DNA from: Octopus vulgaris | Taxonomy: Eukaryota | Length of the DNA: 64,000 nt | Assembly (NCBI GenBank): GCA_951406725.2 | Contig: OX597837.1 | Coordinates: 434,001-498,000, forward strand | Reading direction: 5' to 3' | Shown: positions 1 through 13,518 of the stretch, piece after piece | Numbering within the stretch: the stretch's first letter is position 1 | Layout of the letters: every line of letters begins with the position of its first letter | Notes under the pieces: model-generated | The model's database searches: none | What the model was told of the DNA's origin: nothing | The model's input: only the letters and a program-made list of their open reading frames with translations | Position numbers and translations under genes: made by a program

Positions 1-32
<32 letters not shown>

Positions 33-37
<5 letters not shown>

Positions 38-262
38 AAGATGCTTGCTATCACAGTGACAATTGGGCAGTGAAGGCCGTTGTGAATGTAGACGTGCGGA
101 ATGTGCAGGCTGTGATGTGAAGGGACTCATACAATAGGTTGTTAGTCGGACACCATCTGGGGTGTGATCAAACCCGACTGTGTCACCTGGGCTATGGTGA
201 CGTTAACAGACCCCAAATACTTAATGACTCGAAGATGCATCACATGATGATGTACGGAGTAA
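33..262 (+). mobile_element. Degraded 3' end of a HERO-like non-LTR retrotransposon
   Basis: tgatcaaacccgactgtgtcacctggg...gaccccaaatacttaatgac...gcatcacatgatgatg resembles the HERO 3' UTR pattern as I recall it; not verified by alignment. Confidence 0.35.
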
Positions 263-296
263 CTACACACACGCACATATACACGCACATACGCAC

Positions 297-329
<33 letters not shown>

Positions 330-338
330 CATATCTAT

Positions 339-494
339 AGGCGTGGCTGTGTGGTAAGAAGTTTGCTTTCCAACCACGTGCTTCCAGGTTCAGTCCTACT
401 CCGTGGCACCTTGGGCAAGTGTCTTCCACTATAGCCTCGGACAAACCAAATATTTGTGAGTGGACTTGGAAGATGGAAACTGAAAGAAGCCCGT

Positions 495-566
<72 letters not shown>

Positions 567-810
567 CATATATATATTTATATATATATATATATGTGTG
601 TGTGTGTTTGCGTTTTGTGTTTGTCTCCCTACCGTCGTGTGACAACCGATGTTGGTGTGTTTATGTCCCCAAAACTTAACGGTTCGGTAAAGAGACTGGC
701 AGAATAAATACTAAACTTACAAAGAAAAAGTCCTGGGGTCGATTTCTTCGACCAGAATCTTCATGACTTCATACAAATGACTGAAACGTGCAGAATAATA
801 ATAAAAGAAT
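339..810 (+). mobile_element. tRNA-derived SINE, family A, near full length with internal (TA)n/(TG)n
   Basis: A box tggctgtgtggt, B box ggttcagtcc, CORE-like ggcaccttgggcaagtg, internal microsatellite, then 3' module ending aaatgactgaaac; collinear with 26296-26725. Confidence 0.85.
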
Positions 811-840
811 ATACATACATACATACATACATACATACAC

Positions 841-905
<65 letters not shown>

Positions 906-924
906 TATTCATATATACATACAC

Positions 925-1070
925 ATGTCTATTCCTGTGTTCTTTTCTGTGGAAGAGCGTAGGCTCGAAACGTTGAAGACATTTTCACTTCCCGAGCGTT
1001 ATACTAATACATCTGTTTGTTGTCTACACCATCTGTCTTCGTCTGTTGTTAATTTTTGTGAATTCTCCCT
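925..1070 (+). mobile_element. PLE 3' terminal fragment (same family as 20815-22307)
   Basis: Matches 22165-22300 and the reverse complements of 32600-32790 and 42895-43080. Confidence 0.8.
942..980 (+). ncRNA. Minimal type I hammerhead ribozyme motif, CUGUNGA variant
   Basis: CUUUU-CUGUGGA-A-GAGC(GUAG)GCUC-GAAA-CGUU-GAAG. Confidence 0.7.
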
Positions 1071-1104
1071 CCCTCTTTCTCTCTCTCTCTCTCTCTACAC
1101 ACAC

Positions 1105-1156
<52 letters not shown>

Positions 1157-1232
1157 TTCAAAATGTAACCACATGTGAATCGTTCGCTATTTTTCCCCTC
1201 CATTTTCCTTTTCTCTTGGACTTTACTCTCCT

Positions 1233-1267
1233 GTTTCTGACGAAGAGCTTTGCTCGAAACGTAAAAC
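1233..1267 (+). ncRNA. Minimal type I hammerhead ribozyme, canonical core
   Basis: Helix I GUUU/AAAC, CUGACGA, helix II GAGC(UUU)GCUC, GAAA, ACGU palindromic helix III, GUA cleavage triplet. Confidence 0.8.
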
Positions 1268-1373
1268 TATCTTTCTTTCCTTCACTGAGCGTTTTATTAA
1301 TACTTTGCACGTGCACGTCCTCGCATTGTTGTTGTTTTTGTTTGTTCTTCGTTCTTTTTTATTTACAATACAC

Positions 1374-1518
<145 letters not shown>

Positions 1519-1521
1519 TAT

Positions 1522-1810
1522 GTGGCCGAGTTTACAGTGTTGCACTCACGCTCACGCGTTCGTTGTTTCAACTCGTAGACTGGATGGTACGTTGAGATCT
1601 TGAGTAAGGCACTTCCCCACACGTTGTTCTCTGACCACTTTGACGCATCCTATGAGTTGCACCCGTGCATCTGTTCAGGCAACGTCGATTTGATGCGGTT
1701 GAGAGCGAGTTCATGTGCAGCAGGCGCATTTCACTACAATAGACAAATCTGCAGCTTGGTCAGCAAGAAAACTGCAGAACCAATGTTGTCGGGCTACAAG
1801 AGACTGCCAT
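1522..1810 (+). mobile_element. Degraded tRNA-derived SINE
   Basis: tggccgagt A-box-like start, gtttcaactc B-box-like, cttgagtaaggcactt core-like motif. Confidence 0.45.
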
Positions 1811-1839
1811 TACATATTATGCATGGGGGAATACATACA

Positions 1840-1869
<30 letters not shown>

Positions 1870-1875
<6 letters not shown>

Positions 1876-2041
1876 TATGCATATATATACATACATACAT
1901 ACTTGCATACATACACGCGTATATATGGGTGTATGTATGTATGTATATATATATATATATATATATTTACATACATACACCCATATATATATACATATAT
2001 ATACATACATACTTGCATACATACACGCGTATATATGGATG

Positions 2042-2091
<50 letters not shown>

Positions 2092-2163
2092 CATACATAC
2101 ACCCATATATATATGCATATATATACATACATACTTGCATACATACACGCGTATATATGGATG

Positions 2164-2215
<52 letters not shown>
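1870..2215. repeat. Three-copy ~110-120 bp tandem repeat built from microsatellites
   Basis: catacttgcatacatacacgcgtatatatgg recurs near 1898, 2007 and 2129. Confidence 0.85.
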
Positions 2216-2219
<4 letters not shown>

Positions 2220-2385
2220 AACACACACTCAGACACGAATGGCCACGTATGGCCTAGTGCTGACCCAGTCTGACCTTGATCACGAAAAGAGACAACATAA
2301 AACACCGCACTCAACACACACACGAGCACACACGCACACATACACACACACGCACATACACACGCACACATACATACATACACAC

Positions 2386-2417
<32 letters not shown>

Positions 2418-2467
2418 ATATATACATATATATATACACACATACATTCTTATATATAGACATATAT

Positions 2468-2520
<53 letters not shown>

Positions 2521-2791
2521 CACATTATAGGTATACATAAGTATATGTATATATGCATAAATTCTTATGCATATGTAAACGTTATACGTATATAGATACA
2601 CACACATATTTATACATGTGTATATATAGTCAAATTTACGTATAAATAGATACGACCCATTCATCTACACACGCACACACAGAGGCAAGCACACACACAC
2701 ATACAAAGACACACAGACACACAAATGCCTCTATTCTGTTTCTCTGTGAACCATAACAATACACGGTTCCACAAAGAGCCTGCAAGCTAAC

Positions 2792-2859
2792 CTGATGTAA
2801 TCGAAACAACATTCTTTCAATGACAAAACCGTTTCCTTGAAAATGTCTTCTTCAACAAG
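2792..2859 (-). CDS. Candidate 68-nt internal coding exon (LVEEDIFKETVLSLKECCFDYIR), gene unknown
   Basis: Minus strand ttttcag acceptor, open frame, gttagc donor; non-repetitive island. Confidence 0.3.
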
Positions 2860-2953
2860 CTGAAAATTTGCTTAACATAATTACAATTTCTATGCAATTC
2901 CTTCCACAATTTTATCTGCCATTAATCACACGCTACATTGCCATTACAATACG

Positions 2954-3002
<49 letters not shown>

Positions 3003-3052
3003 GCTGTTGTTGACCTTCAGTCTCTCTCTCTCACTCTCTCTCTCTCTCTCTG

Positions 3053-3128
<76 letters not shown>

Positions 3129-3260
3129 CCTACCTATTAAGAGTATCTTTATTTTATGTATGCATCTATGTAATATCTGTCTCTCTCTGTCTTCCTCTTC
3201 ATTTCTATTCCCATAGACCTAAATGTATACATAAGCACATGAATACAGTCACATACATGA

Positions 3261-3295
<35 letters not shown>

Positions 3296-3398
3296 TACAT
3301 ATACATGCACATATGCACACACATACACGCACATACATACACATGTGTATACATGGATGTAGCTTGTGTGTGTGTGTGTGTGTGTGCGTTTATGTATG

Positions 3399-3499
3399 TA
3401 TATATGTATATATACTTAAATAGATGCATACATGTGAGTACGTGTAATTATATTATATTTTATATGTTTGTGTATGAGTAAGTATGCATATATATAAAC

Positions 3500-3556
<57 letters not shown>

Positions 3557-3602
3557 CAGGTATACATATATATATGCAAATATATATAAATATATATTTA
3601 TA

Positions 3603-3643
<41 letters not shown>

Positions 3644-3696
3644 AAGTATAAAAGTATATATATTTATATATATTTGTATATATTTATGTATACCTG

Positions 3697-3737
<41 letters not shown>

Positions 3738-3838
3738 GTTTATATATATGCATACTTACTCATACACAAACATATAAAATATAATATAATTACACGTACT
3801 CACATGTATGCATCTATTTAAGTATATATACATATATA
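3399..3838. repeat. ~440 bp palindrome centred on (TA)n
   Basis: 3410-3600 is the near-exact reverse complement of 3650-3830, including unique sequence gatgcatacatgtgagtacgtgtaatta. Confidence 0.9.
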
Positions 3839-4129
3839 AACACACGGAAATGTATTACAAACGATGAATATGTCTTTGAATCTGTAGTTCCTACCTATCA
3901 CTTCCTCTTCCTCCCCTCCCCTTCCTATTGTCTTCCTCTTTCGCTCCTCCTCATTCTCTATCCTCTCTCTCCTCGTCTCCCCTCCTCTATTTATCTACGC
4001 ATATGGCCATAAGTCAACATAACATGAGCATAAAACACAAAGAGGATTCGCCCACCACATATGAAACACGTCCACACACACACCCACAGCTATGTATTTA
4101 TGACTATCTATCTATCTACCTATCTATCC

Positions 4130-4180
<51 letters not shown>

Positions 4181-4231
4181 GATCTATCTATCTATCTATC
4201 CATCTATCTATCTATCTATCTATCTATCTAC

Positions 4232-4304
<73 letters not shown>

Positions 4305-4483
4305 GATCTATCTATCTATCCATCTGTCAGTCTGTCTGTCCGTGTGTCCATCCATCTGTCTGTCTGTCTGTCCGTCTGTCTGTCTGTATCCTTGTCTGTA
4401 TGCCTGCCTATCTGTTTATCTATCTATTTATCTATATATATCCATATATCTATATGTATCCATATGTATTTGTGACCAACGGT

Positions 4484-4537
<54 letters not shown>

Positions 4538-4675
4538 GTATATTTATACATACACACACACATATACGCATGAGGGGCCTTCAACACCAAATTACAAGTG
4601 AATGCAAATCTAATCACAATTGCCCGAAAAGCTGAACCATACTGAAAAAGGAAGTCAAACACACACACAAACGCA

Positions 4676-4720
<45 letters not shown>

Positions 4721-4874
4721 ACGCACACTCAGGTACGGGCAGATACACACAGAAATAAAAGCAAACAACATTAAGAAAACATGAAAAACATTCAGAAAAA
4801 CTAAAGGCCCAAGAAATATACGTGTGTGTGTGTGTATGTATAGAAATATATGCATATATGTATATATGTGTGTA

Positions 4875-4918
<44 letters not shown>

Positions 4919-6023
4919 CATACATATATGTGTATACAGATATATACATATGCATACAATATGTTTATGTGAGTATGTATATAATATATGTAAGTATATA
5001 TGATTATATATGTGTGGATATATATATCAATATGTGTTTATATGTGTAAACATGTATGTACATCTATATGTATATATATATACACACATACAGATAGCTA
5101 TAGACATATCAACATGTATGCGTGTACATGTATATAGCCCTATATATATATCCATATATATATATATATATATATCAGGGGTATGTATAGATTTCAAAGC
5201 AAATAAAACGAAAACTCCCACTAGGTGGAATCTTTCTTGCAAGTCAGAATGTTCCTAAAGAAAGAACTCTTTGTGAGAATGTCACCTGGAAGACAATGGA
5301 ATTTCATGATATATCTACAGATATCTAAACACACGCACGCACTCACACACACACACACACACACACATGCACACACACACACACACACACACATGCACAC
5401 ACACACATACAGACACATGTACACTCACACACACAAATGTGCATATAATATCAATATATAGCTATAGCTTTCTTCATGTATACATATATATGTAGTCATA
5501 CGCACACACACATATACGTTTATATATATACAAATTTATGTATGTATGTATATATATGTGTGTGTATATATATACATGTCTACATATATATGTATATATA
5601 TATGTATGCATATTTGTATATATATATATATGTATATACATATATATATATGTATAAATATATATGTAGATATATGTATAAATATATATTATACACACAC
5701 ACACACACATATATATATATGTATACATACATATATACATGTAAACATGTATATATATAAAATATATCTATAGCTATATTGGCATCGAAGCGTGATTCCA
5801 TTTTCTCCATATTTACAACAATATCCAGGATCCAACTACTTTAAAAAAACAAAAAATAACAGAAATATGAGATAATAAAAAAAAAAACCCAACAATATGG
5901 CGGAAGCAAGATGAATAAAAAAAATGTGGGGGAAACGTAAAAGAATGGACGAAAGAGAGAAAGGATAGGAATACGAAGGAGATTGAGGGGATGAATGAGT
6001 AAATGAAAGAGAGAAAGAAAAAT

Positions 6024-6070
<47 letters not shown>

Positions 6071-6287
6071 GAGAAAGAGAGAGAAAGACAGAGAGAAAAA
6101 GGAAGAGAGAGAGAGGGAGAGAGTGAAAGTGACAAAAGGAAGAGAGAAAGAGAAGATGAAGAAGTGAGAGTGAAATGAAACAGGTATACAAAGAAAGAAC
6201 AAAGACTCCAATAAGAACAATAAGAATACCATGAAGAATATAAATAATAACAATAAAAACAGCTATATATATACACATACATGCGCG

Positions 6288-6320
<33 letters not shown>

Positions 6321-6417
6321 GAACAGTTGAAACTGTTGAAGAAAGAAAATTGAGGTAAGAAAAAGGAAAGAATATGAATAAATGTTTATATGTATGTATG
6401 TATATATGATATATATC

Positions 6418-6477
<60 letters not shown>

Positions 6478-6997
6478 GATATATATCATACATATACATA
6501 CATACATGCATACATACATACAAACATTTATTCATATTCTTTCAATAATCAATTTTGACGGAAGTCCGTTCTTTTTCCTCAAGTCTGCTTTTATATACAT
6601 TAACATAAATATTCATACAGAAAGAATTATATATATATATATATTTACACATATATATTTAAATCTATCTATCAATCTCTATATATACGCACTCTACATA
6701 CTTACATAGTTAGATACACGTATATACGTATGTGTCAGTGTATACACCCCCACACATACATATAGGTATACACTATGTTTGTTCGTAAGAACGTGTCTTC
6801 CAAATAATGGATTAAGTGCTCAATACACAAAGTAGAGCGGGCTACATTTTTGTGGGCAATATTTACTGAGTGAATAGTTTGTATGTTCATCTTTTCAACT
6901 AGTTGTGAACATCTTCAATCACAGAAGAAGCAAGAATGACACTGGAAACAAGCTACAAAATTATATGCACACACACACACATATATATGCATACATG

Positions 6998-7043
<46 letters not shown>

Positions 7044-7045
<2 letters not shown>

Positions 7046-7081
7046 AACTTACGTCCATACGGAAACGGTTGTCGAAGTTAC
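7044..7081 (+). ncRNA. Hammerhead relic with deleted CUGANG core
   Basis: Helix I GUAACUU/AAGUUAC, helix II CGU(CCAU)ACG, GAAAC-GGUU-GUC present; CUGANG missing. Confidence 0.45.
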
Positions 7082-7151
7082 ATAATTTTTCTTTATTTTA
7101 TAATTTGTATTTTGTGCTCCATCATCCACACACTATATATATATATATATA

Positions 7152-7252
7152 CAGCGGGGTGGCGTCGTTCGAAGGTTAAAACAATGCGAACGCATTGTGA
7201 CCAGCGATGTGTAGCAACATCTGATGTTCTGGTCGGTCACGTGAAGAAGAGT

Positions 7253-7260
<8 letters not shown>
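7152..7260 (+). mobile_element. 3' part of SINE family B
   Basis: Matches 13330-13435. Confidence 0.8.
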
Positions 7261-7328
<68 letters not shown>

Positions 7329-7334
7329 ATTTAT

Positions 7335-7420
7335 ATTTCCTGAGCGCCATACTAATACAATTGTTTGTTTGTTTCCCACCTGCCTTCCTCTTTTGTCTAT
7401 TTTCATAAAGCTTCCCGTTA
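7335..7420 (+). mobile_element. PLE extreme 3' end between (TA)n tracts
   Basis: Matches 22223-22307. Confidence 0.75.
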
Positions 7421-7955
7421 TATATATATATACACTTTCTAGTATAGCCCAAGGCCTGAAATTTCTAAGGTGTGTGGGCTAGTTAATTATAGCATTAAAA
7501 AAGCAGCTTGCTATGGACCATGAAGTAATCAAATGATGCTGCGATCTAGCCGCCTTATATATATAATCTTGAGAGCTTAGATTTGTCACAGCCCCACCTC
7601 AGTAATTTCTCGTGATTAAGTCAGGTGCAGAGGGAGAGCCATTTTCATCGATCTCAATCCTTAACTGGTGCTTTATTTTATCGATCTCTAAAGAATATAA
7701 TGCAAAATTCATCTCAGCGCGATTTGAACTTAAAACATGAAATTTAAATCTCGACAAGTGTATACACAACAATGATGGTAGTGGTGTTGGTGGTCAATAT
7801 TTGTCTCTTGAAGGTATGTGATGGAGTTTCCAGTATTGCCGCAGTCCAATGACTGTCACCAGTGGAAGAAGAAACAAATTTGGAATTTAAAAAAAGGAAA
7901 TCGATCTCCATTAGAATTCTGTCGGAAATCAGAGAAAGAGTGGAGAGAGAGAGAG

Positions 7956-8036
<81 letters not shown>

Positions 8037-8411
8037 ATAATTCGACAAATGAAAGTAGAAATGACACAAATTTCGTCTCCACGGACCTTTCCTTAATGTC
8101 TTCTGTAGATTTACGCTTTCTTCCTTTGATCTGGATTTTTATTGAGTCTTTCTTTCCTTTTGACATTCTTTATAACTTTCTTTCTTTCTTTCCTCCTTCT
8201 CGTCCTTAAATTCCGTTTTTTGCTCTTCCCCGACTTTTTTTTGTTTTGTAGTCATTCTGCTTGTCTCGGCTGTACATGCGTATATATACATATGTGTGTG
8301 TATTTGTTTCTCTGTGCGTTTGCGTGTGTGTAAGTATATGTATACATATATAGCTATGAAAATTTAAATATATGAATAGGTTTGTGCGAACAGATGTACA
8401 ATATATATACT

Positions 8412-8469
<58 letters not shown>

Positions 8470-8530
8470 CATATATATAGACATATTTATATATATATAT
8501 ACATAGACATATATATATTATATTATATAT

Positions 8531-8563
<33 letters not shown>

Positions 8564-8572
8564 TGCATTTAT

Positions 8573-8631
<59 letters not shown>

Positions 8632-9012
8632 CACATAAGCATATATAATGAATTTAACAAAAGATATGACTGGCAAATATGAAGTATAACAATAAGTGAA
8701 ATACGGACAAATCGATGTTAAAATGCTGAAAGAAATAACGTCGGAATAAAATATGAAAGGAAAACACAGTTTCCATCGCGAAAGGTTAAATATGATCCTG
8801 TTTTCTTTTATACTCGAAGGAATTGGTCGATTCTTTAATATTTCCTTAGACAACTTAACTATAACTATAAGGCTCAGTCGGGCTTACGCAATATGGCGGT
8901 TAAAAGAAATAAAGCCAGTGTTAAGTGTTTCAGCCTCGCATTGTTTGAATTTGGTGGAGAGTGTGCGGAAACCCGTCTCTGCGTGTGTGTTTGTGTGGAA
9001 GCCGGTATTGTA

Positions 9013-9113
<101 letters not shown>

Positions 9114-9216
9114 GTCTGTCTGTGTCTATCAGTCTGTCGATTTCTCTGTCTGTATGTGCGTAGGTCTCTCTGTCCGTCCGTCCGTCTGTCTGACTGTCTG
9201 TCTGTCTGTCTCTGAC

Positions 9217-9338
<122 letters not shown>

Positions 9339-9356
9339 CTTGCGCGTATACAGACA

Positions 9357-10939
9357 TCTATATATATAAAACTGAGAATGTGTGTGTCTGTCTGTCTGTG
9401 TGTTTCCCTAAAACTTGAGAACTACACAACCAATTTCATTCAAATTTTACACATGTCTTACTTAGGGTCCAAGTAGTTTCATGGGCAAAAAAATGGTCAA
9501 CTTCTTGCCTAGAGCGAGCCCATAGCAATATCATATCTTCTTCACTATTTCAGTATTACGTGTTAAAAGTGAAACAAAAACATTTCTCTATTTTATGTTA
9601 GATACTTTCACTTTAACAATAAAATTTAGAGATAATAATAACAATTGAATTATATGTAGTAAGTAATAATTAAAATCAAACTAAATTAAATCGTAACATA
9701 ACAATTAAAAGTAAAAATAGCAATTGGTATAAAATTGCATCAATGACTTGAATAAGTGGTTTCACATGAATGGGAATAAATTAAAAATAAAATTAGTGTG
9801 CAGAAATGGAATAGTCCAGATGGAGGTGTGCACATACCGTTTACCACGGCTTTTACATTAGATTATCTGCTAATTAGCTAGCATTAAGTATCTATATGAA
9901 GTTTGGCTGTATGTAATGTTTGTTTTCGAACAGCCGCTTCTACTGAGTACTGATGTTGGTTTATTTCTTATACATAAAGGACTATAGCTTCAACTGCGTA
10001 CTGCTTTTTGATTCACCGTATGGTTTGTTGTTATTATTATTACTGTTTAACTATTGTTATCACGTTTGTTGGTTCCTCGTAAGGGAAACATTATTGTGCT
10101 GTATTTGTTAAATAATTGTAAACCGTAACCCTCACCCTTTGGGAGAAGGAGCTTTGGTTATTGTTTAAAAATTGAATTATGTCTCTGTTTGGGGAAATTA
10201 ACAATATTTTCACCGTTTACACGGAAGCATTTTTGTTAAAATGCCTTCGATAGAAGAAAGTCCAAAAATGAATTTCGCTGCAGCCGACGGCGGGTGCGAA
10301 CTCATTAAAATGGAAGAAATACAAACCTATTTCGGATTGATCAGCGACAAAGACGGTGAATCTAGGATAACACCACCAAACGAAATAAAAAATAAAATTA
10401 AAGAAAAGACTATTGTCTATAAAGTATACAATGTAGAGAAAAAAAGATTTGAACACCTGTAGGAAAGCACCATCGAAAAGTGTGTTGGTGCGACTATGAA
10501 ATATATCTAACCAGAGGCGGTAAATTCGCCACAATAGAAGCAACGTTCGAGTCAATGGAGCGTGTAAGGGAGTACTCGACTCGAACCTTGCAAAGTGGAA
10601 ATATTTTATTTTTACCTTTATATCTGGGACGTAGGACGTCCCGGACAAAAATTTAAAATGTCCCCCCAGAAGTAGAGGTAGGCTGGATTGTAGCCACACT
10701 TCTATACAAAAGGGAGGACAAGATACAATTGATCGAAATTGCAAGAGACGGGGCTACAATTCCAGTCTGTTATATGTTTTGAGTATTGTTATCACTAGCG
10801 ATATCAAGATATAACTTTGTATTTTGTATTTTATGTGCAGATGTATATATATAGATGTACATGTAATATGTACACATATATATACACATATATACATGCA
10901 CTAGCACTATGACCCGGGAACGACGAGTCATAATGCTGG
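9357..10939 (+). mobile_element. Non-autonomous Helitron
   Basis: A|TCTATATATATAAAA 5' end; 3' hairpin tatgacccgggaacgacgagtcata followed by CTGG|T (CTRR); pairing of the two ends into one element is inferred. Confidence 0.65.
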
Positions 10940-11419
10940 TATAATATATACCTTTATTAACAGAAAAACACACACAGGTATATATATATATATATATATA
11001 TTTGTTAATATACAAACATATAGAAACACATAAATATACATATATGCATATTCATATGTATATGTATAGAAGCGCTTTCTATATATTATGCTTGATGTAA
11101 ATACATCGTCGAAAGTCAAATTTACTGAGGTATTCTTCGGGAGATAACACCAACTTATGGATGTGCTCTTATTAGGAGGAGACGAAAATCTCCCTAGCAG
11201 CAGCAGCTGGGCTTCGTTGGGGCTTACTCGCAGCCAACTATGGAAATATAAACATACGCGTGTATACAGACTTTATTTGTTTAACTAGGGGTCGTTTTGT
11301 GTGTGCGTATATATATATATATATATGTATATATATGTATGCATGTATATATAATATAATATAAATAATATATATATGCATATATATGTATATATAATAT
11401 AATATAAATAATACATGCG

Positions 11420-11456
<37 letters not shown>

Positions 11457-11544
11457 ATTAATAATTATAAGGGTAACAAAAAAATTCTAGAAAAAATTCT
11501 CCGCTACCAGCGGTCTAGTGAGAAAGAAAAGTTAGTCAAAGACT

Positions 11545-11880
11545 ATATAATATACATTCAACAATATAAGGAATGGCCCTAATAGGCCATTCGACTCACT
11601 AGAAAGAGCAGGCTTCTTTACCGCCGCCTCGTGGACATATGCTCGTCCTCGGCTTCGCTGCTGACGAGACACACCAGTTGTAAATAAATTAAATTTAATT
11701 TAATTAATTTGTTTACCAAAGTATGTCGAAACTATGCATAGTCCAGAGATGAAAAGGGTAAATGTTTTTATTTCTCTTTCAATTTCAGAATTACCACTAT
11801 TTAGCGGTTTGAGTTTGGCTGCTATTTCTAGTGAGTCGAATGGCCTATTAGGGCCATTCCTTATATTGTTGAAAGTATAT
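11545..11880. repeat. ~65 bp inverted repeat with ~210 bp spacer
   Basis: caacaatataaggaatggccctaataggccattcgactcactagaaa vs its reverse complement at 11826-11872. Confidence 0.9.
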
Positions 11881-11919
11881 ATATATATATATATAAATAT
11901 ATAATATAAATAATATATG

Positions 11920-11951
<32 letters not shown>

Positions 11952-12155
11952 CAAACACACACATGCATAAAGGAGTACAGGACGTCACAATCAATTAATG
12001 TGAAAATTGTGTTTCCAGTTGTCTTCTGACGGCTGTTTATAGCATATCGATGGTCCTGTTGTACCCTTAATTAGTATCTAATACTTTTTTACGTCATGGT
12101 CTTCTTTTACGCATCCTATGTCACTTGATATTATTGTAAACAATAACATCTGTAC

Positions 12156-12220
<65 letters not shown>

Positions 12221-12980
12221 AATAAATGTTTTTATATATAAAGAACGTGAAATACAGGAAGGGACGAACACGGAACACAGACAAATCATTCGAAGCCTTC
12301 AATCTTCAGTCAGACACCGAATCATCATAGCAAATTTCGGCTGTTCAAGTCTGATATTTGCTCCAACTCGGCCAGCCCCAAGAAAAAAACTAAGCTGTAA
12401 GCATTAGATTTCTTGGTAGAAGACAGGAATGTGAACGCACGAGACGGATGTAAATACAAGAGACGAAAACGAAATTGAAAACAGTAATGGATAAACAAAA
12501 TATAACGATGGTTGTCTTACGACTTTAGACCAAATGAGACAAAAACAACAACAACATAGCAGCTGGCGTATATATGTATATATATATATGTTATAGTCAA
12601 AACAAAAAGTATTGAGACAAAACTAACTTGCCTAAAAATAAACGGGGCCCAAACGAAAAGAACACCAGGGAGCTCTGAGCAAGAATGGTGTCATTAAGGA
12701 ACAGAGAAGCAAATACAGAATGATGTGTCTAAAAGAACCATGCTGGAGCACTTTATACATAACAAAAGAAAGTGGTGATTAGAGATAAAGGAAATTTGAA
12801 ATTGAGGAATTGTATATTGGTAGATGTGAATGTATATGTGGACATATGTGTGTATGTAAGGATTTATGCGCGCTTGTGTGTTTGTATGTAGTGAAGTGAG
12901 TATGTATGCTTGTATTTGTGAATACATGCATTTCCATACATATATATTTATATATAAATGGGACTATAGCAATCTATGGA

Positions 12981-13011
<31 letters not shown>

Positions 13012-13079
13012 TAGATGTACATAACTATGTTATATATATATATATATACATATATGTGTGTATATATATATATATATAG

Positions 13080-13123
<44 letters not shown>

Positions 13124-13134
13124 ATGTGTGTGTA

Positions 13135-13432
13135 GGCGCAATGGCCCAGTGGTTAGGGCAGCGGTCATAGGATCAAAGTTTCGATTCCTAGACTAGGCAT
13201 TGTGAGTGTTTATTGAGCGAAAGCACCTAAAGCTCCACAAGGCTCCGGCAGGGGGTGGTGGCGATCCCTGCTGTGTTCTTTCGCCGCAACTTTCTCTCAC
13301 TCTTTCTTCTGTTGGCCTGCTCGCTTAGCCAGCGGGGTGGCGTCATTTTAAGGCTAAAACAATGCGAAACGCATTGTAACCAGCAATGTGTAGCAACATC
13401 TGATAGCCTGGTCGGTCACGGTGATCACGGTG

Positions 13433-13435
<3 letters not shown>
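13135..13435 (+). mobile_element. tRNA-derived SINE family B, near full length
   Basis: ggcgcaatggcccagtggttagg A box, gtttcgattcc B box, 3' tail cacggtgat repeats. Confidence 0.85.

Positions 13436-13515
<80 letters not shown>

Positions 13516-13518
<3 letters not shown>

Noticed and set aside
2792-2808. ctgatgtaatcgaaac as a hammerhead
   Set aside because: Core A9 missing and no helix II
10217-10744. 175-aa ORF as a gene
   Set aside because: No recognisable motif; lies inside a putative Helitron
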